Below are positions 18,470 through 27,038 of a stretch of 64,000 bases of DNA, in pieces (within the stretch, counting starts at the first letter, position 1; every line of letters begins with the position of its first letter). Source of the DNA: Candidatus Kerfeldbacteria bacterium (GTDB taxonomy: Bacteria; Patescibacteriota; Patescibacteriia; UBA9570; XYC2-FULL-38-9); the NCBI GenBank assembly GCA_043813585.1, contig JBDRKW010000005.1, positions 3,409 through 67,408 on the forward strand, in the 5' to 3' direction. Made by a program: the position numbers and the translations under genes. The notes under the pieces are model-generated. The model had not been told where the DNA came from. It did not search any database and saw only the letters and a program-made list of their open reading frames with translations.

Positions 18470-19996
18470 TCAATCACGCGGGCGTTCCAGCACAAATATA
18501 ATGAAAAGAATGATAAACCCTATCCCTAAGGGATGACTTAAGTATGGAGTAGTAACGTGGACGAATAGAAGACACAGCAGTCCGGTCATGAAACTTAATG
18601 CAAGTACTTTGCGGCCGGTAGTCTGTGCACTGCGGACAACCCTTGCCCCGTGCCAGAACAGCACAACAAACAACACAAGGTAGGCGAGCAACCCAAGCAC
18701 GCCAAGTTCATACAGTAGATCCAAATACCCCCACTCAAATGCAAAAGTCGTGTATTGGTCCGTCCCCATCATGTCGATAGCGCGAGGATCGTCAGTGGTA
18801 TAGGTGAGCGTTGCGCCAAACCCGGAACCGGTATACAGATGCTCATTCACCACGTCCCACAACGGGGCGAGTATGTTCATGCGCGTACTGATAGCCGGTT
18901 CTTCTGCTGTATATGAGGCGCGTTCGCAGACAATCTCCGCAAAAAAGAACCCTTTCCATTGTTCGCCAAGCAGCGGCACGTTCGTAAGCAGGAACAGAAC
19001 AATAAGCGACGCAGCACCGGTTGCAACCGTTAGCACCGCAGCGTGACCAATGTCTTTCCATCGCCATAATTTCGTGCTGACGAATGCGATTGCCATTGCA
19101 ACCATGCTGACTACAAGCGCCAGCCAGAACGAACGCGACCAGCTTGTAATGATAATTGTCAACAGAAGCGCGGAAAACGCGCCGTACACAAACACCTGCT
19201 TTGTCCGTCTTTCTTGCCATGTGGCTACGCAAAATGCGAACGCCACAAAGAAAAACAGCAGGTGAAATATGTGCGACTGAAAGAAAATGCGGTAAAACTG
19301 CTCATGCGTCGGGGTGATTTCGCCCACGCCGGTAACGCGTATCCATCGGTACACTGTGCCATTGAACGCGGTGATGGAATGCGCAAACGTAAATAGCAAC
19401 AACAATGTTGTTACAGACAGCGCAATCATCGCACCGGCCGCCACCTGCAGCAGCCGTTTCAACTGATCTTTTGAAACAATACTTTGGGCAGCCGGTAGAA
19501 TTAATCCCAGAAAGAGGTAGCCGTTCATATCCAGAAAGACGGTGTATAGGTCGTTGCCATGCAGAACGCCGGAAACAGTTCCGAACGCAATGCAACATGT
19601 AAACAAAAGAATCGCTTCCCATACCGGCAGTTGAAAAAAACACACCTGGCGCATGCGAATTGCATGCATGCAGAACGCCAGCATAACCGCAGAGAAAATC
19701 GCGTGACGAACCGAAACCGCAGTGCCTGCAATGTCGATCGCAAACAGATAACCTTTGCTCCCGACCAGGAGCTCGGCAAACGCAATGTATACGCCATACT
19801 CCAGGCGCCATAAAGCAAGCGCAAACGTTGCCAGAGCAATAACCGCAAACGCAACCGTGCCGACAGCGGGATAGACAAAGACGGCAAAGGAAAGGAATTC
19901 AATGCATGCGACCGCAATAAGCGTGACGACCGTCACTTTGCCGAAAAAAAGCAGCCCCTCCCGGCCAGCCGGCTGTTGTGTTATCAGCTTGGGCAT
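18470..19996 (-). CDS. O-antigen ligase family (Wzy_C) membrane protein, third paralog
   Basis: RMNILAPLWDVVNEHLYTGSGFGAT and FAFEWGYLDLLYELGVLG match Wzy_C motifs. Start set to MPKLITQQ at 19996, where the ATG overlaps the upstream stop. Confidence 0.55.
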   Translation of the reverse strand: MPKLITQQPAGREGLLFFGKVTVVTLIAVACIEFLSFAVFVYPAVGTVAFAVIALATFALALWRLEYGVYIAFAELLVGSKGYLFAIDIAGTAVSVRHAIFSAVMLAFCMHAIRMRQVCFFQLPVWEAILLFTCCIAFGTVSGVLHGNDLYTVFLDMNGYLFLGLILPAAQSIVSKDQLKRLLQVAAGAMIALSVTTLLLLFTFAHSITAFNGTVYRWIRVTGVGEITPTHEQFYRIFFQSHIFHLLFFFVAFAFCVATWQERRTKQVFVYGAFSALLLTIIITSWSRSFWLALVVSMVAMAIAFVSTKLWRWKDIGHAAVLTVATGAASLIVLFLLTNVPLLGEQWKGFFFAEIVCERASYTAEEPAISTRMNILAPLWDVVNEHLYTGSGFGATLTYTTDDPRAIDMMGTDQYTTFAFEWGYLDLLYELGVLGLLAYLVLFVVLFWHGARVVRSAQTTGRKVLALSFMTGLLCLLFVHVTTPYLSHPLGIGFIILFIIFVLERPRD

Positions 19997-19997
19997 G

Positions 19998-20882
19998 TTA
20001 CCAGTGGGTAATGTCCTTATTACAGGTATCGTTTGGAATTTCGGTCCAGTCGATCGGGTCATCGCCGCAAATCTCGCGGCACATCTTCAGGTTCATTTTC
20101 CCACGGCGCAGGTCATGGCGCGTTTGCACAAATTCCGGATCCCACCAAATCTCGGCCAACGATTGTTCCGCAACATTCCCGAACGGGTGCCGCACAAAAA
20201 AATCATTCGTACACACGACATTGCCCGCATAATCCACCGCAATTTCATCAGAAACATAGTAGCAACACTTGAATTTATGCGCTTTGTTCACCGGCACCGT
20301 GCCGCCCCGTTCAAAAATCCCGACATTGTCGAGTAACTGCAGGGTGATATACTTCTTCGATTTATCGTCTTCCACCAGCTCCTGCACGACCTTGGGCCAG
20401 TACGCCATATGCTTAGTGATCACGAGCCCGTCCGTGCCTGCATCTATCAGGTCATGGAACAGTTCTTTCGTCAGCGCAACAGCGTTCGTGTGAATGATGA
20501 TAGAAGATTTCGGAAGTTTTTCCCGCACGTACGCCATGAGCGACGGCAGGCGTTTGTCTATCAATGGGTCGCCGTAAAAATGCGGGGAGATCCGCCCTTT
20601 ATATTCAAATGGGAATGCCACCAGGTCATCAATGATCTTTCGGAACATCTCTTCAGTCATGAAATGGTCGCCCCGGTCATAGCGCGCTACGGCACAGTAG
20701 GTGCATTTAAGGTTACAGCGCGAGTTGGTTTCAATATCGAGTGCGGTGAAAATGTCGCTCCGTCCGTAGGTGGCCAGTTTATTGAGCGAGTTGTAGTACC
20801 CGCGTAATGCCGGTTTAACAGCTTCAGGCGACAACCGACGCGCAGCACGATATACAGGATTAAGCAGATATGGTAAACGCAT
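19998..20882 (-). CDS. Radical SAM protein with SPASM/twitch-like C-terminal Cys cluster
   Basis: CNLKCTYC (CX3CX2C) near the N-terminus. C-terminal KFKCCYYVS...YAGNVVCTND...KMCREIC...C cluster. Confidence 0.7.
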   Translation of the reverse strand: MRLPYLLNPVYRAARRLSPEAVKPALRGYYNSLNKLATYGRSDIFTALDIETNSRCNLKCTYCAVARYDRGDHFMTEEMFRKIIDDLVAFPFEYKGRISPHFYGDPLIDKRLPSLMAYVREKLPKSSIIIHTNAVALTKELFHDLIDAGTDGLVITKHMAYWPKVVQELVEDDKSKKYITLQLLDNVGIFERGGTVPVNKAHKFKCCYYVSDEIAVDYAGNVVCTNDFFVRHPFGNVAEQSLAEIWWDPEFVQTRHDLRRGKMNLKMCREICGDDPIDWTEIPNDTCNKDITHW

Positions 20883-20923
20883 AAAGTTAACATATCACCC
20901 AAATGGCCTTTGTCCAAGTACTA

Positions 20924-22786
20924 TTAATTCTGTCTCGCTTCCGAATATGATTGATAAGCGGTTCGATACCAATCCCAATTATCTGGACGTTGCCACTGTA
21001 AATTTAGTTGCGAAATTTCCGCCCGGCTTAAATCAGGGCGCATAATATCAGTTATAGGCACCTCTGAAGCTTCAAGCCTTACGTTTTCATAGAAGCGCCG
21101 TTTAGCACTAATTCGGTATGAGAATGCCGCATCACTTCCTCCATTATTCGATTCAGTGACTTCAAATGATGTTATGCCACGCGTAACATAGACAGAATTT
21201 GAACCTATATCATCGTATAATGTGATCGTGACTTGTATTGGATTTTCTTGATCAATAGTTACTGTATCAAGAAAGAGTGGATCAATATTAATGTGTGCAT
21301 GACCATTTTCAAGTCGTGCTTCACCAAGGTCTTCAAACCATAGTTGTGTCGATTCAACAGCATATAATTTTGTTGGTCCTTGTGTTTGAGTATAGACAAC
21401 AGCTGGTTTTTCACCTGTAGCGCCAATATCACCATCAGCAAAAATCGCATATGCGCTTCCATTTGATGAATCCTCCCTACCGTATACACCATAAATTACA
21501 CCGGTTGTTGCTTGCGCAATTCCAGCCACTCCCGATGTGCCTGTGGCATTGGACTTCGCCTCACCATATACACCATATGTTGGACTACCTGATGTTGCAA
21601 GAGCGCTACCCCAGATACCAGAAGAGCCTTCTGCTGAAGAATATGTTTCACCCATGACACCATGACCTCTTCCAGAGAACTGGCCAGATCCATCAGGGTC
21701 GCCGATTGATCCACCCCAAACACCAGCGCCGAAAGTGTTTGCATCTTGAGTAGTTGCCCAATTAAAACCCATCACGCCGACTTGGCCATCAGTTGGATCA
21801 TCGTTAATGGCATCACCGCGCACACCCACAGGTTGTCCGAGTAGCGCCCCGGTAGCATTTGCAATGCCCCATATTCCGAATGGATTTGCTGAACCGCTGT
21901 TTGCAATACCCCTGATCGCAGTTTCATCACTGGGAGTAGAATTTTTTATTACGTATAATTTAGAATTTTTACATTGCCATTTTGGCGGAATGGATTCATC
22001 CTCACAATCAATGATTTCATCCTCATTAATAAGTACTGCACCACTATCTGTAATACGCATACGCTCATTATTTCCATCTGTATTGAAAATAATATTATCG
22101 GAGGACGTGGACTGTAATGTGAGGTCACCAGAGTTCGGTCCGTAAAGAATATCTTCAATCTTTAGATCACCAGCAACATGCAATAATTGGGCAGGACTAG
22201 TGGTGCCGATGCCTACCTTTCCATCTGACGCAAGCCGCATGCGCTCACTGTTTCCTGCGATAAGATACATATCGTCACCAGATGCACCGAGTGAAACATA
22301 GCCGGAATCAGTTGTGCTGTTGTCTATAAACGTAATACCAGCTAAAGCGTCTTCACTATGCAAACGAAGTCCGATATTCGTAGTACCACTATTTATGTGC
22401 AGCATCGATGCCGGGCTTGTTGTTCCGATTCCGACGTTTCCGGTGGAGGCAATACGTATTCGTTCCGCGTTTCCCGCTTTAAGCTGCATATCATTACCAA
22501 TTGCGCCGAGCACTACATAGCTATCTGACGTTGTTGAGTTGTCCTGAAAGGACATGTATGACATTGAATCCGTGCTTTGCAAGCGCATGCCAATATTGGT
22601 TCCACCACTGTCAATGTCCAGTTTTTTCGCGGGACTACTATTGCCAATTCCAACATTTCCAGAAACCGCGCTATACATATCAGATCCAGAAATCGTCCAG
22701 TCGCTGTCTGCCGCAACATTCGTTGCAGAAGCGATAAATAAAATCATAGCACAGAAAGTTGTTATGAAAGCGCGCGACATAGGCAT
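20924..22786 (-). CDS. Secreted tail-fibre-like repeat protein (repeated ERMRI...GNVGIGTTSPA modules)
   Basis: Signal peptide. At least 4 repeats of ...GNVGIGTTSPAxxLhV... interspersed with ERMRI/ERIRI, as seen in tail-fibre-domain proteins. Confidence 0.5.
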   Translation of the reverse strand: MPMSRAFITTFCAMILFIASATNVAADSDWTISGSDMYSAVSGNVGIGNSSPAKKLDIDSGGTNIGMRLQSTDSMSYMSFQDNSTTSDSYVVLGAIGNDMQLKAGNAERIRIASTGNVGIGTTSPASMLHINSGTTNIGLRLHSEDALAGITFIDNSTTDSGYVSLGASGDDMYLIAGNSERMRLASDGKVGIGTTSPAQLLHVAGDLKIEDILYGPNSGDLTLQSTSSDNIIFNTDGNNERMRITDSGAVLINEDEIIDCEDESIPPKWQCKNSKLYVIKNSTPSDETAIRGIANSGSANPFGIWGIANATGALLGQPVGVRGDAINDDPTDGQVGVMGFNWATTQDANTFGAGVWGGSIGDPDGSGQFSGRGHGVMGETYSSAEGSSGIWGSALATSGSPTYGVYGEAKSNATGTSGVAGIAQATTGVIYGVYGREDSSNGSAYAIFADGDIGATGEKPAVVYTQTQGPTKLYAVESTQLWFEDLGEARLENGHAHINIDPLFLDTVTIDQENPIQVTITLYDDIGSNSVYVTRGITSFEVTESNNGGSDAAFSYRISAKRRFYENVRLEASEVPITDIMRPDLSRAEISQLNLQWQRPDNWDWYRTAYQSYSEARQN

Positions 22787-22816
22787 ATAATTAATTGATT
22801 ATATGATCGTAATTCC

Positions 22817-22845
22817 ATTATAGGGGGGGGGACAGCGATAAGTAA
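22817..22845 (-). promoter_or_regulatory. Promoter of the tail-fibre-like gene: TTACTT-17-TATAAT with a C9 tract filling the spacer
   Basis: -10 complement at 22817-22822 and -35 complement at 22840-22845. The spacer (22823-22839) consists of G9 (22823-22831) plus acagcgat. Confidence 0.5.
22823..22831. repeat. Homopolymeric G9/C9 tract
   Basis: This is the longest G/C homopolymer seen in the window. It lies in the promoter spacer. Confidence 0.9.
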
Positions 22846-22958
22846 AGAATTTCAGGGCTGTAAGGAGGAGCCGCATTAATATTAATACTTAAACTGCTGG
22901 TTATTATGATTCGTACCCCATGCATTTTGGAAACGCACTGTTGTTGACACAACAGGAA

Positions 22959-23035
22959 AGCGCTGCCCCGGACCCGATTCCCCGTGCGGGTGCTAAAGAA
23001 GAAACGTCTCCCATTTGGGAGGCGTTTTTCTTTTT
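22959..23035 (+). repeat. Direct repeat copy 3: extended core plus identical terminator hairpin
   Basis: agcgctgccccggacccgattccccgtgcgggtgc followed by taaagaagaaacgtctcccatttgggaggcgtttttcttt. Confidence 0.75.
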
Positions 23036-23104
23036 CACATTTTATGCTGTAATATTATGAATCATCACTCGTATACAAAGCATATAATTAAAGAGCATAC
23101 CATC

Positions 23105-24361
23105 ATGAAAAATGTAATCATTGGCATTGCGATTGCGGCTGCGGTTGCGGGAATTGCCCTTGCCGCCTATTTTATTATTCCGGCTGTATCAGAGAACAAG
23201 CAAGTGCAGGCCGAGGCAGATGGCGTAACGGCATCCGACGAGAACAACGAAGCGACGGAAGAAGGAACGCAAGCAACGGAGGAACAGGAGGCGACGGCCA
23301 TAACAGACGTATCTCCCTACGCGGTTGTGAGCACGGAAAAAATAATGGATTTAAATGGCAGCAATAATGAATGGCTGCCCAGTCGCGTGAACGGTTGGCT
23401 GGAAAAAGGAGCGAGCTTTGAATTCGCTATTCCATTTGAAGGGTGTGAGGCATTCTGCGGGCCTGACGTTACGTATTCCTACGACATCGCAACAGGTGAA
23501 ACAGAAAAAACCTTAAACCCGCTAATGGAAGAAGGCTGGCGGCTCTCTCCGGATGAACGTCGTGCAATCCGAATTCGCAGAGTTGAAGACCATGATGACG
23601 AATCAGGCGACGGGGGAACGATTGAAATGATGGACATTCAATCAGGCAATACATATGTCATTGCTAAAGAGACATTCCTCACCGGAGCCGGCGGCACCTG
23701 GGTATCCGAAAAATATACCTATCCGCGCTGGTCGCCGGACAGCAAATGGATTGTGATGTACGACAAGAGCCAGTGGGATGAAAACGGGCCGATGGTCGTA
23801 CTGTTCCCTTCAGACGCGGCAGACCTCTCCGGTTTGGCTGAACTGGGGCAATCAATATTTATTGAGACCGAGCGTGCCCCGTACGAGCAGTACTTCATCT
23901 GGTCGCCGGACAGCACCTACTTCATTGTAAATGACAATACGGATGTATTCTCGGCAGCGGAAGGGAAGCGCATCTATGAATCCAACCGCGATGAACGTGT
24001 ATTCGCCTGGTCTCCAAAAAGCGACAAGGTACTCATCGCAACGGTCTCCGATGATGAGGACACGCGCGGCCTTTCTTCGCTCTCTATAATGAACCCGGAC
24101 GGAACCGACAGGGTATTGATATTCAAGGATGTGCTCGTTGATAGCCTCTATGATATTTTTGCCTCCTGGTCCGAAGATGGAACACAGGTATTGGTTTCAA
24201 TGAACGACCAACTCGTGATCTATGACCTGGAGAGCAAGATGAGCGGTTTGGTTGCGGCGCAGGAAGGCGGGTTCAGGAATATCGCCTGGAACAAAGACGG
24301 CAGGCAGGTACTGTTTGACCGGGATAACGCTGCATGGCTCCTGGAGTACACGCGGGAATAG
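23105..24361 (+). CDS. Membrane-anchored PD40/TolB-like beta-propeller repeat protein
   Basis: N-terminal TM segment. Recurrent WSPDSKWIV, WSPDSTYFIV, FAWSPKSDKVLI, ASWSEDGTQVLV and IAWNKDGRQVLF strands. Start set to the ATG at 23105. Confidence 0.5.
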   Translation: MKNVIIGIAIAAAVAGIALAAYFIIPAVSENKQVQAEADGVTASDENNEATEEGTQATEEQEATAITDVSPYAVVSTEKIMDLNGSNNEWLPSRVNGWLEKGASFEFAIPFEGCEAFCGPDVTYSYDIATGETEKTLNPLMEEGWRLSPDERRAIRIRRVEDHDDESGDGGTIEMMDIQSGNTYVIAKETFLTGAGGTWVSEKYTYPRWSPDSKWIVMYDKSQWDENGPMVVLFPSDAADLSGLAELGQSIFIETERAPYEQYFIWSPDSTYFIVNDNTDVFSAAEGKRIYESNRDERVFAWSPKSDKVLIATVSDDEDTRGLSSLSIMNPDGTDRVLIFKDVLVDSLYDIFASWSEDGTQVLVSMNDQLVIYDLESKMSGLVAAQEGGFRNIAWNKDGRQVLFDRDNAAWLLEYTRE

Positions 24362-24379
24362 AACATCAGCTGTGACAAT

Positions 24380-24449
24380 AAACGCCTCCCTTCCCGGGAG
24401 GTGTTTTCTTTACTATTCTTGCCTCAGACCCGATTCCCCGTGCGGGTGC
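24380..24449 (+). repeat. Direct repeat copy 4: related terminator hairpin (aaacgcctccc-ttcc-cgggagg) followed by core gacccgattccccgtgcgggtgc
   Basis: The 23-nt core is identical to copies 2 and 3. The module order is inverted (hairpin before core). Confidence 0.7.
24382..24412 (+). terminator. Intrinsic terminator (cgcctccc-ttcc-cgggaggtg, then ttttcttt)
   Basis: A hairpin plus T-run immediately after the PD40 gene. It is homologous to the tRNA-Glu terminator. Confidence 0.55.
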
Positions 24450-24771
24450 ACTAACAAGTATTGACAAATCCGGAATAAATTCGTAGGGTGCAAAGTCCGT
24501 CAAGAAGGCGGAGAGAAGCCTGTATATATGGACTATAGGCTCTTCTTCGTCTCATCCAGAAGAGGCCACTCCCAGAGCGGAACAAATGCAGCCCTGCCGA
24601 ATTCGCGGTAAACACATCTCCCCAGGAGGTGTGGGCTGTGGGATTGCACCCGGATGAAAGCGCCTCAGGCGCTGGGCGTCGCATCGTGCTGTCGGACCTG
24701 CAGCACAATGATGGCTCTCCTCAGGAGAGTTCAGACGAATCCAAAAGAGGGTCACAAGGGAGGATGACACA

Positions 24772-25566
24772 ATGTCGTCCAAGAACGAGAACGGATGGAT
24801 GGATGACCTGAAGGAGCTGCTCGTGGAATCGGATCGGGCGCTCCGGTACTTCCTCGTGCTGTTCAATGCAGCGTGCAGCCGGTCGGACCTGCGCAGGATG
24901 TGCGGGGACGACAAGGTGGTTCGCCCGAACTGCCGCCTGTTCAAGCCCGACCAGATCGAGCTCGAGAAGATCTGGATGCGCTCGTACACCGAGCAGGGCG
25001 TGAATCCCCCGACCGGCGGCAAGCGCCATCCGGATGCGGTGGTCCGCCTGATGCTCGACGAGGTCGAACCTCCGCATGGGCTCTCGGGCTACTATGCGCT
25101 CGCGATCATGCGCGCGCTGGAAGCCCGGCCGGAGCCGAACACTGAGCACGACATCTTCCACGTCACACCCGAGCGGTTGGGGGAACTCAACTGCGGTGGG
25201 CACTTTCTCTGCGCGACTCTCGAGGGCCTGGACGCGGACTTCCAGATGAAGTGCACGCTGATCAGCCGTGAAGACCGGCGGTTCCTCGTGGAGATCGAGA
25301 TCTACCAGTGGGACCTCACCCAGCAGGTCGCGACAGCACTGCGGGTCTCGGGCTGGACGCTCGATGACGCGCGTGTGTGCGGCCGCGGCAAGAAGTTCAC
25401 GTTCTGGTGGGAGGTCACTGCGCCGCAGCTGCTCGAGCACATCGAGGAGATCGACGGTGCCCTCCACGTCACGTCCGACGTGTACTACACGTCGCTGTTC
25501 ATGCTGATGCGGGCGAACGGCATTCCGGTCACCGGCGTCACCCCGAGCGAGGACTGGGTCATCTAG
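24772..25566 (+). CDS. Hypothetical protein, GC/GC3-rich (candidate acquired gene B)
   Basis: AAGGGAGG RBS 7 nt upstream of the ATG. Protein-like only in this frame. No recognisable domain. Confidence 0.45.
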   Translation: MSSKNENGWMDDLKELLVESDRALRYFLVLFNAACSRSDLRRMCGDDKVVRPNCRLFKPDQIELEKIWMRSYTEQGVNPPTGGKRHPDAVVRLMLDEVEPPHGLSGYYALAIMRALEARPEPNTEHDIFHVTPERLGELNCGGHFLCATLEGLDADFQMKCTLISREDRRFLVEIEIYQWDLTQQVATALRVSGWTLDDARVCGRGKKFTFWWEVTAPQLLEHIEEIDGALHVTSDVYYTSLFMLMRANGIPVTGVTPSEDWVI

Positions 25567-25639
25567 AAGCGTTCAACCACGCTCACCTTTCATAGCCGAT
25601 TCATTTCGGCGGCAGGTATGAAAGGCCGCAACACATCAA

Positions 25640-25668
25640 GAACCATGGGAACACCTGCCGTTCCCTTC
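25640..25668 (+). terminator. Intrinsic terminator (gggaac-acctgcc-gttccc, then cttcT9)
   Basis: A 6-bp stem plus a long T-run after gene B. Confidence 0.55.
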
Positions 25669-25673
25669 TTTTT

Positions 25674-26030
25674 TTATATCTCAATTTCCTTCCAGACGAG
25701 ATCCCTGGACTTGAAATACTTTTTTGTAAATTCTGCGGCCCGTTCAGCAGAAAACGGTTTGCAGGTATACGCATCCACGGTAAACAACGGAGGCGTTGTA
25801 TTGTTATAGGTATAGAAGTGCGCACCGGACGTGATCCAGTGGATCCATGCCCCGTGCCCGACATCTTCCGCCTGATACACAAACGGTTCCTGCAACGCAC
25901 GCATGTTCAGCTCTTCAGACAGCGCAGACAGGTACGCGGCAATCTGATCCGGCGTGATCGGTTTATCGGTCGTGCCTTCAATCACCACGCGCTGCCGAAT
26001 GATATCTGGTGCCAATTTTTTCCATTCCAT
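25674..26030 (-). CDS. S-adenosylmethionine decarboxylase-like (SpeH-fold) small protein; the canonical ESH processing site is not conserved
   Basis: GAWIHWITSGAHFYTY...FTVDAYTCKPF aligns to [20 protein letters not shown]...AIDLFTCG of class 1 AdoMetDC. 118 aa. Confidence 0.35.
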   Translation of the reverse strand: MEWKKLAPDIIRQRVVIEGTTDKPITPDQIAAYLSALSEELNMRALQEPFVYQAEDVGHGAWIHWITSGAHFYTYNNTTPPLFTVDAYTCKPFSAERAAEFTKKYFKSRDLVWKEIEI

Positions 26031-26080
26031 ATATTCGCATTACTTGTTAACGCAGAAGCATAGAAGAGGAAACAGGGGGA

Positions 26081-26998
26081 ATGCAATTTTTTTCACGAAT
26101 ATCACACATTAGTAAACAGAATGTTTACTTTTTAGGCATATTGTACTATGCTGGTGCCATGTTTTTAAGCGACGGAAAAACAATCGAGAACATCATCATC
26201 TGGCAGCTCAAATCCGGCCCGCAGAGCACGGTTGGTTTGATTGCGGCTGTGCAGAAAGAGCGCCGCGGAACCACGAAGCAGGGCGTGTACCGCGTTCTTC
26301 GCGAACTCAAGAAGCAGGAGGCGGTGGTCATCCATAAAAAAGAGGTCTCACTCAACATCCGCTGGCTGAACAAGTTGTATGACTTCACGTCGCTCGCCCA
26401 GCACTTTTATTATGAGAAAAGTATCGGCACCGGGCATTTCGCAAACCTGCAGGAAGGTGAGAAGATCAAATACACCTTCAACAACCTGTCCCTCACTGAC
26501 GCGTTCTGGAACCATGCACTGTACATTCTCCATCAGATTGTGCCGGACGCGGAGCCGTGGTACGCATACGACCCGCACGTATGGTTCTATATCGCCCGGC
26601 TTGAGGACGAAACAGCGCTCATGAAACGCATGTCCGCCCGCAGGCAGTACCTGATCACCTCCGGCCATAACGACCCGATGGACAAGGTTGTCTCGCAATA
26701 CATCGACGGCACAACCGGCCAATACCACATGTTGAAAAAGCCGCTCTTTGACGACGAGTCGTATTACTTCAATATACTTGGCGACTTCCTGATTGAGGTC
26801 TGGTTTGACAGGGAAGTGGCAAAGGCGATTACCGCGTGGTATGCATCAACGAAAAAAATGACAGATACCGCAGTTGAAGATCTACGGAAAATAATTCAGT
26901 CTGAAGGAAAAACTAAATTGGTCATTTCCTGTAACAAGAAGAAAGCCGATCGGTTGAAAAAGAGGATCTCGAGATATTTCTATATCCCGGCGGCATGA
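26081..26998 (+). CDS. Hypothetical protein (possible N-terminal winged-helix region)
   Basis: An ORF only. GTTKQGVYRVLRELKKQEAVV resembles a wHTH recognition helix. The start is uncertain (an alternative ATG lies at 26159). Confidence 0.35.
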   Translation: MQFFSRISHISKQNVYFLGILYYAGAMFLSDGKTIENIIIWQLKSGPQSTVGLIAAVQKERRGTTKQGVYRVLRELKKQEAVVIHKKEVSLNIRWLNKLYDFTSLAQHFYYEKSIGTGHFANLQEGEKIKYTFNNLSLTDAFWNHALYILHQIVPDAEPWYAYDPHVWFYIARLEDETALMKRMSARRQYLITSGHNDPMDKVVSQYIDGTTGQYHMLKKPLFDDESYYFNILGDFLIEVWFDREVAKAITAWYASTKKMTDTAVEDLRKIIQSEGKTKLVISCNKKKADRLKKRISRYFYIPAA

Positions 26999-27003
26999 AA
27001 CTA

Positions 27004-27032
27004 TTGCGCTGCGGGAGAAATGCCGATAGTAT
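27004..27032 (+). promoter_or_regulatory. Promoter TTGCGC-17-TAGTAT ending 6 nt before the tsaD ATG (leaderless)
   Basis: -35 at 27004-27009 and -10 at 27027-27032. ATG at 27039. Confidence 0.5.
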
Positions 27033-27038
27033 GGACGC

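Larger units (their letters stand above)
17760..24449 (+). mobile_element. Candidate array of tandemly integrated element remnants at tRNA-Glu (att-like repeats delimit modules of about 0.17, 5.1 and 1.45 kb); no integrase present
   Basis: Four direct copies of the tRNA 3' end. The cargo genes are unrelated to the flanking housekeeping genes. Confidence 0.35.

Noticed and set aside
17760-26998. Integrase, excisionase or relaxase that would explain the att repeats
   Set aside because: Every ORF between tRNA-Glu and tsaD was inspected. None shows recombinase motifs (R..H..R..Y, or Ser-recombinase). The island is therefore called only a candidate or remnant.
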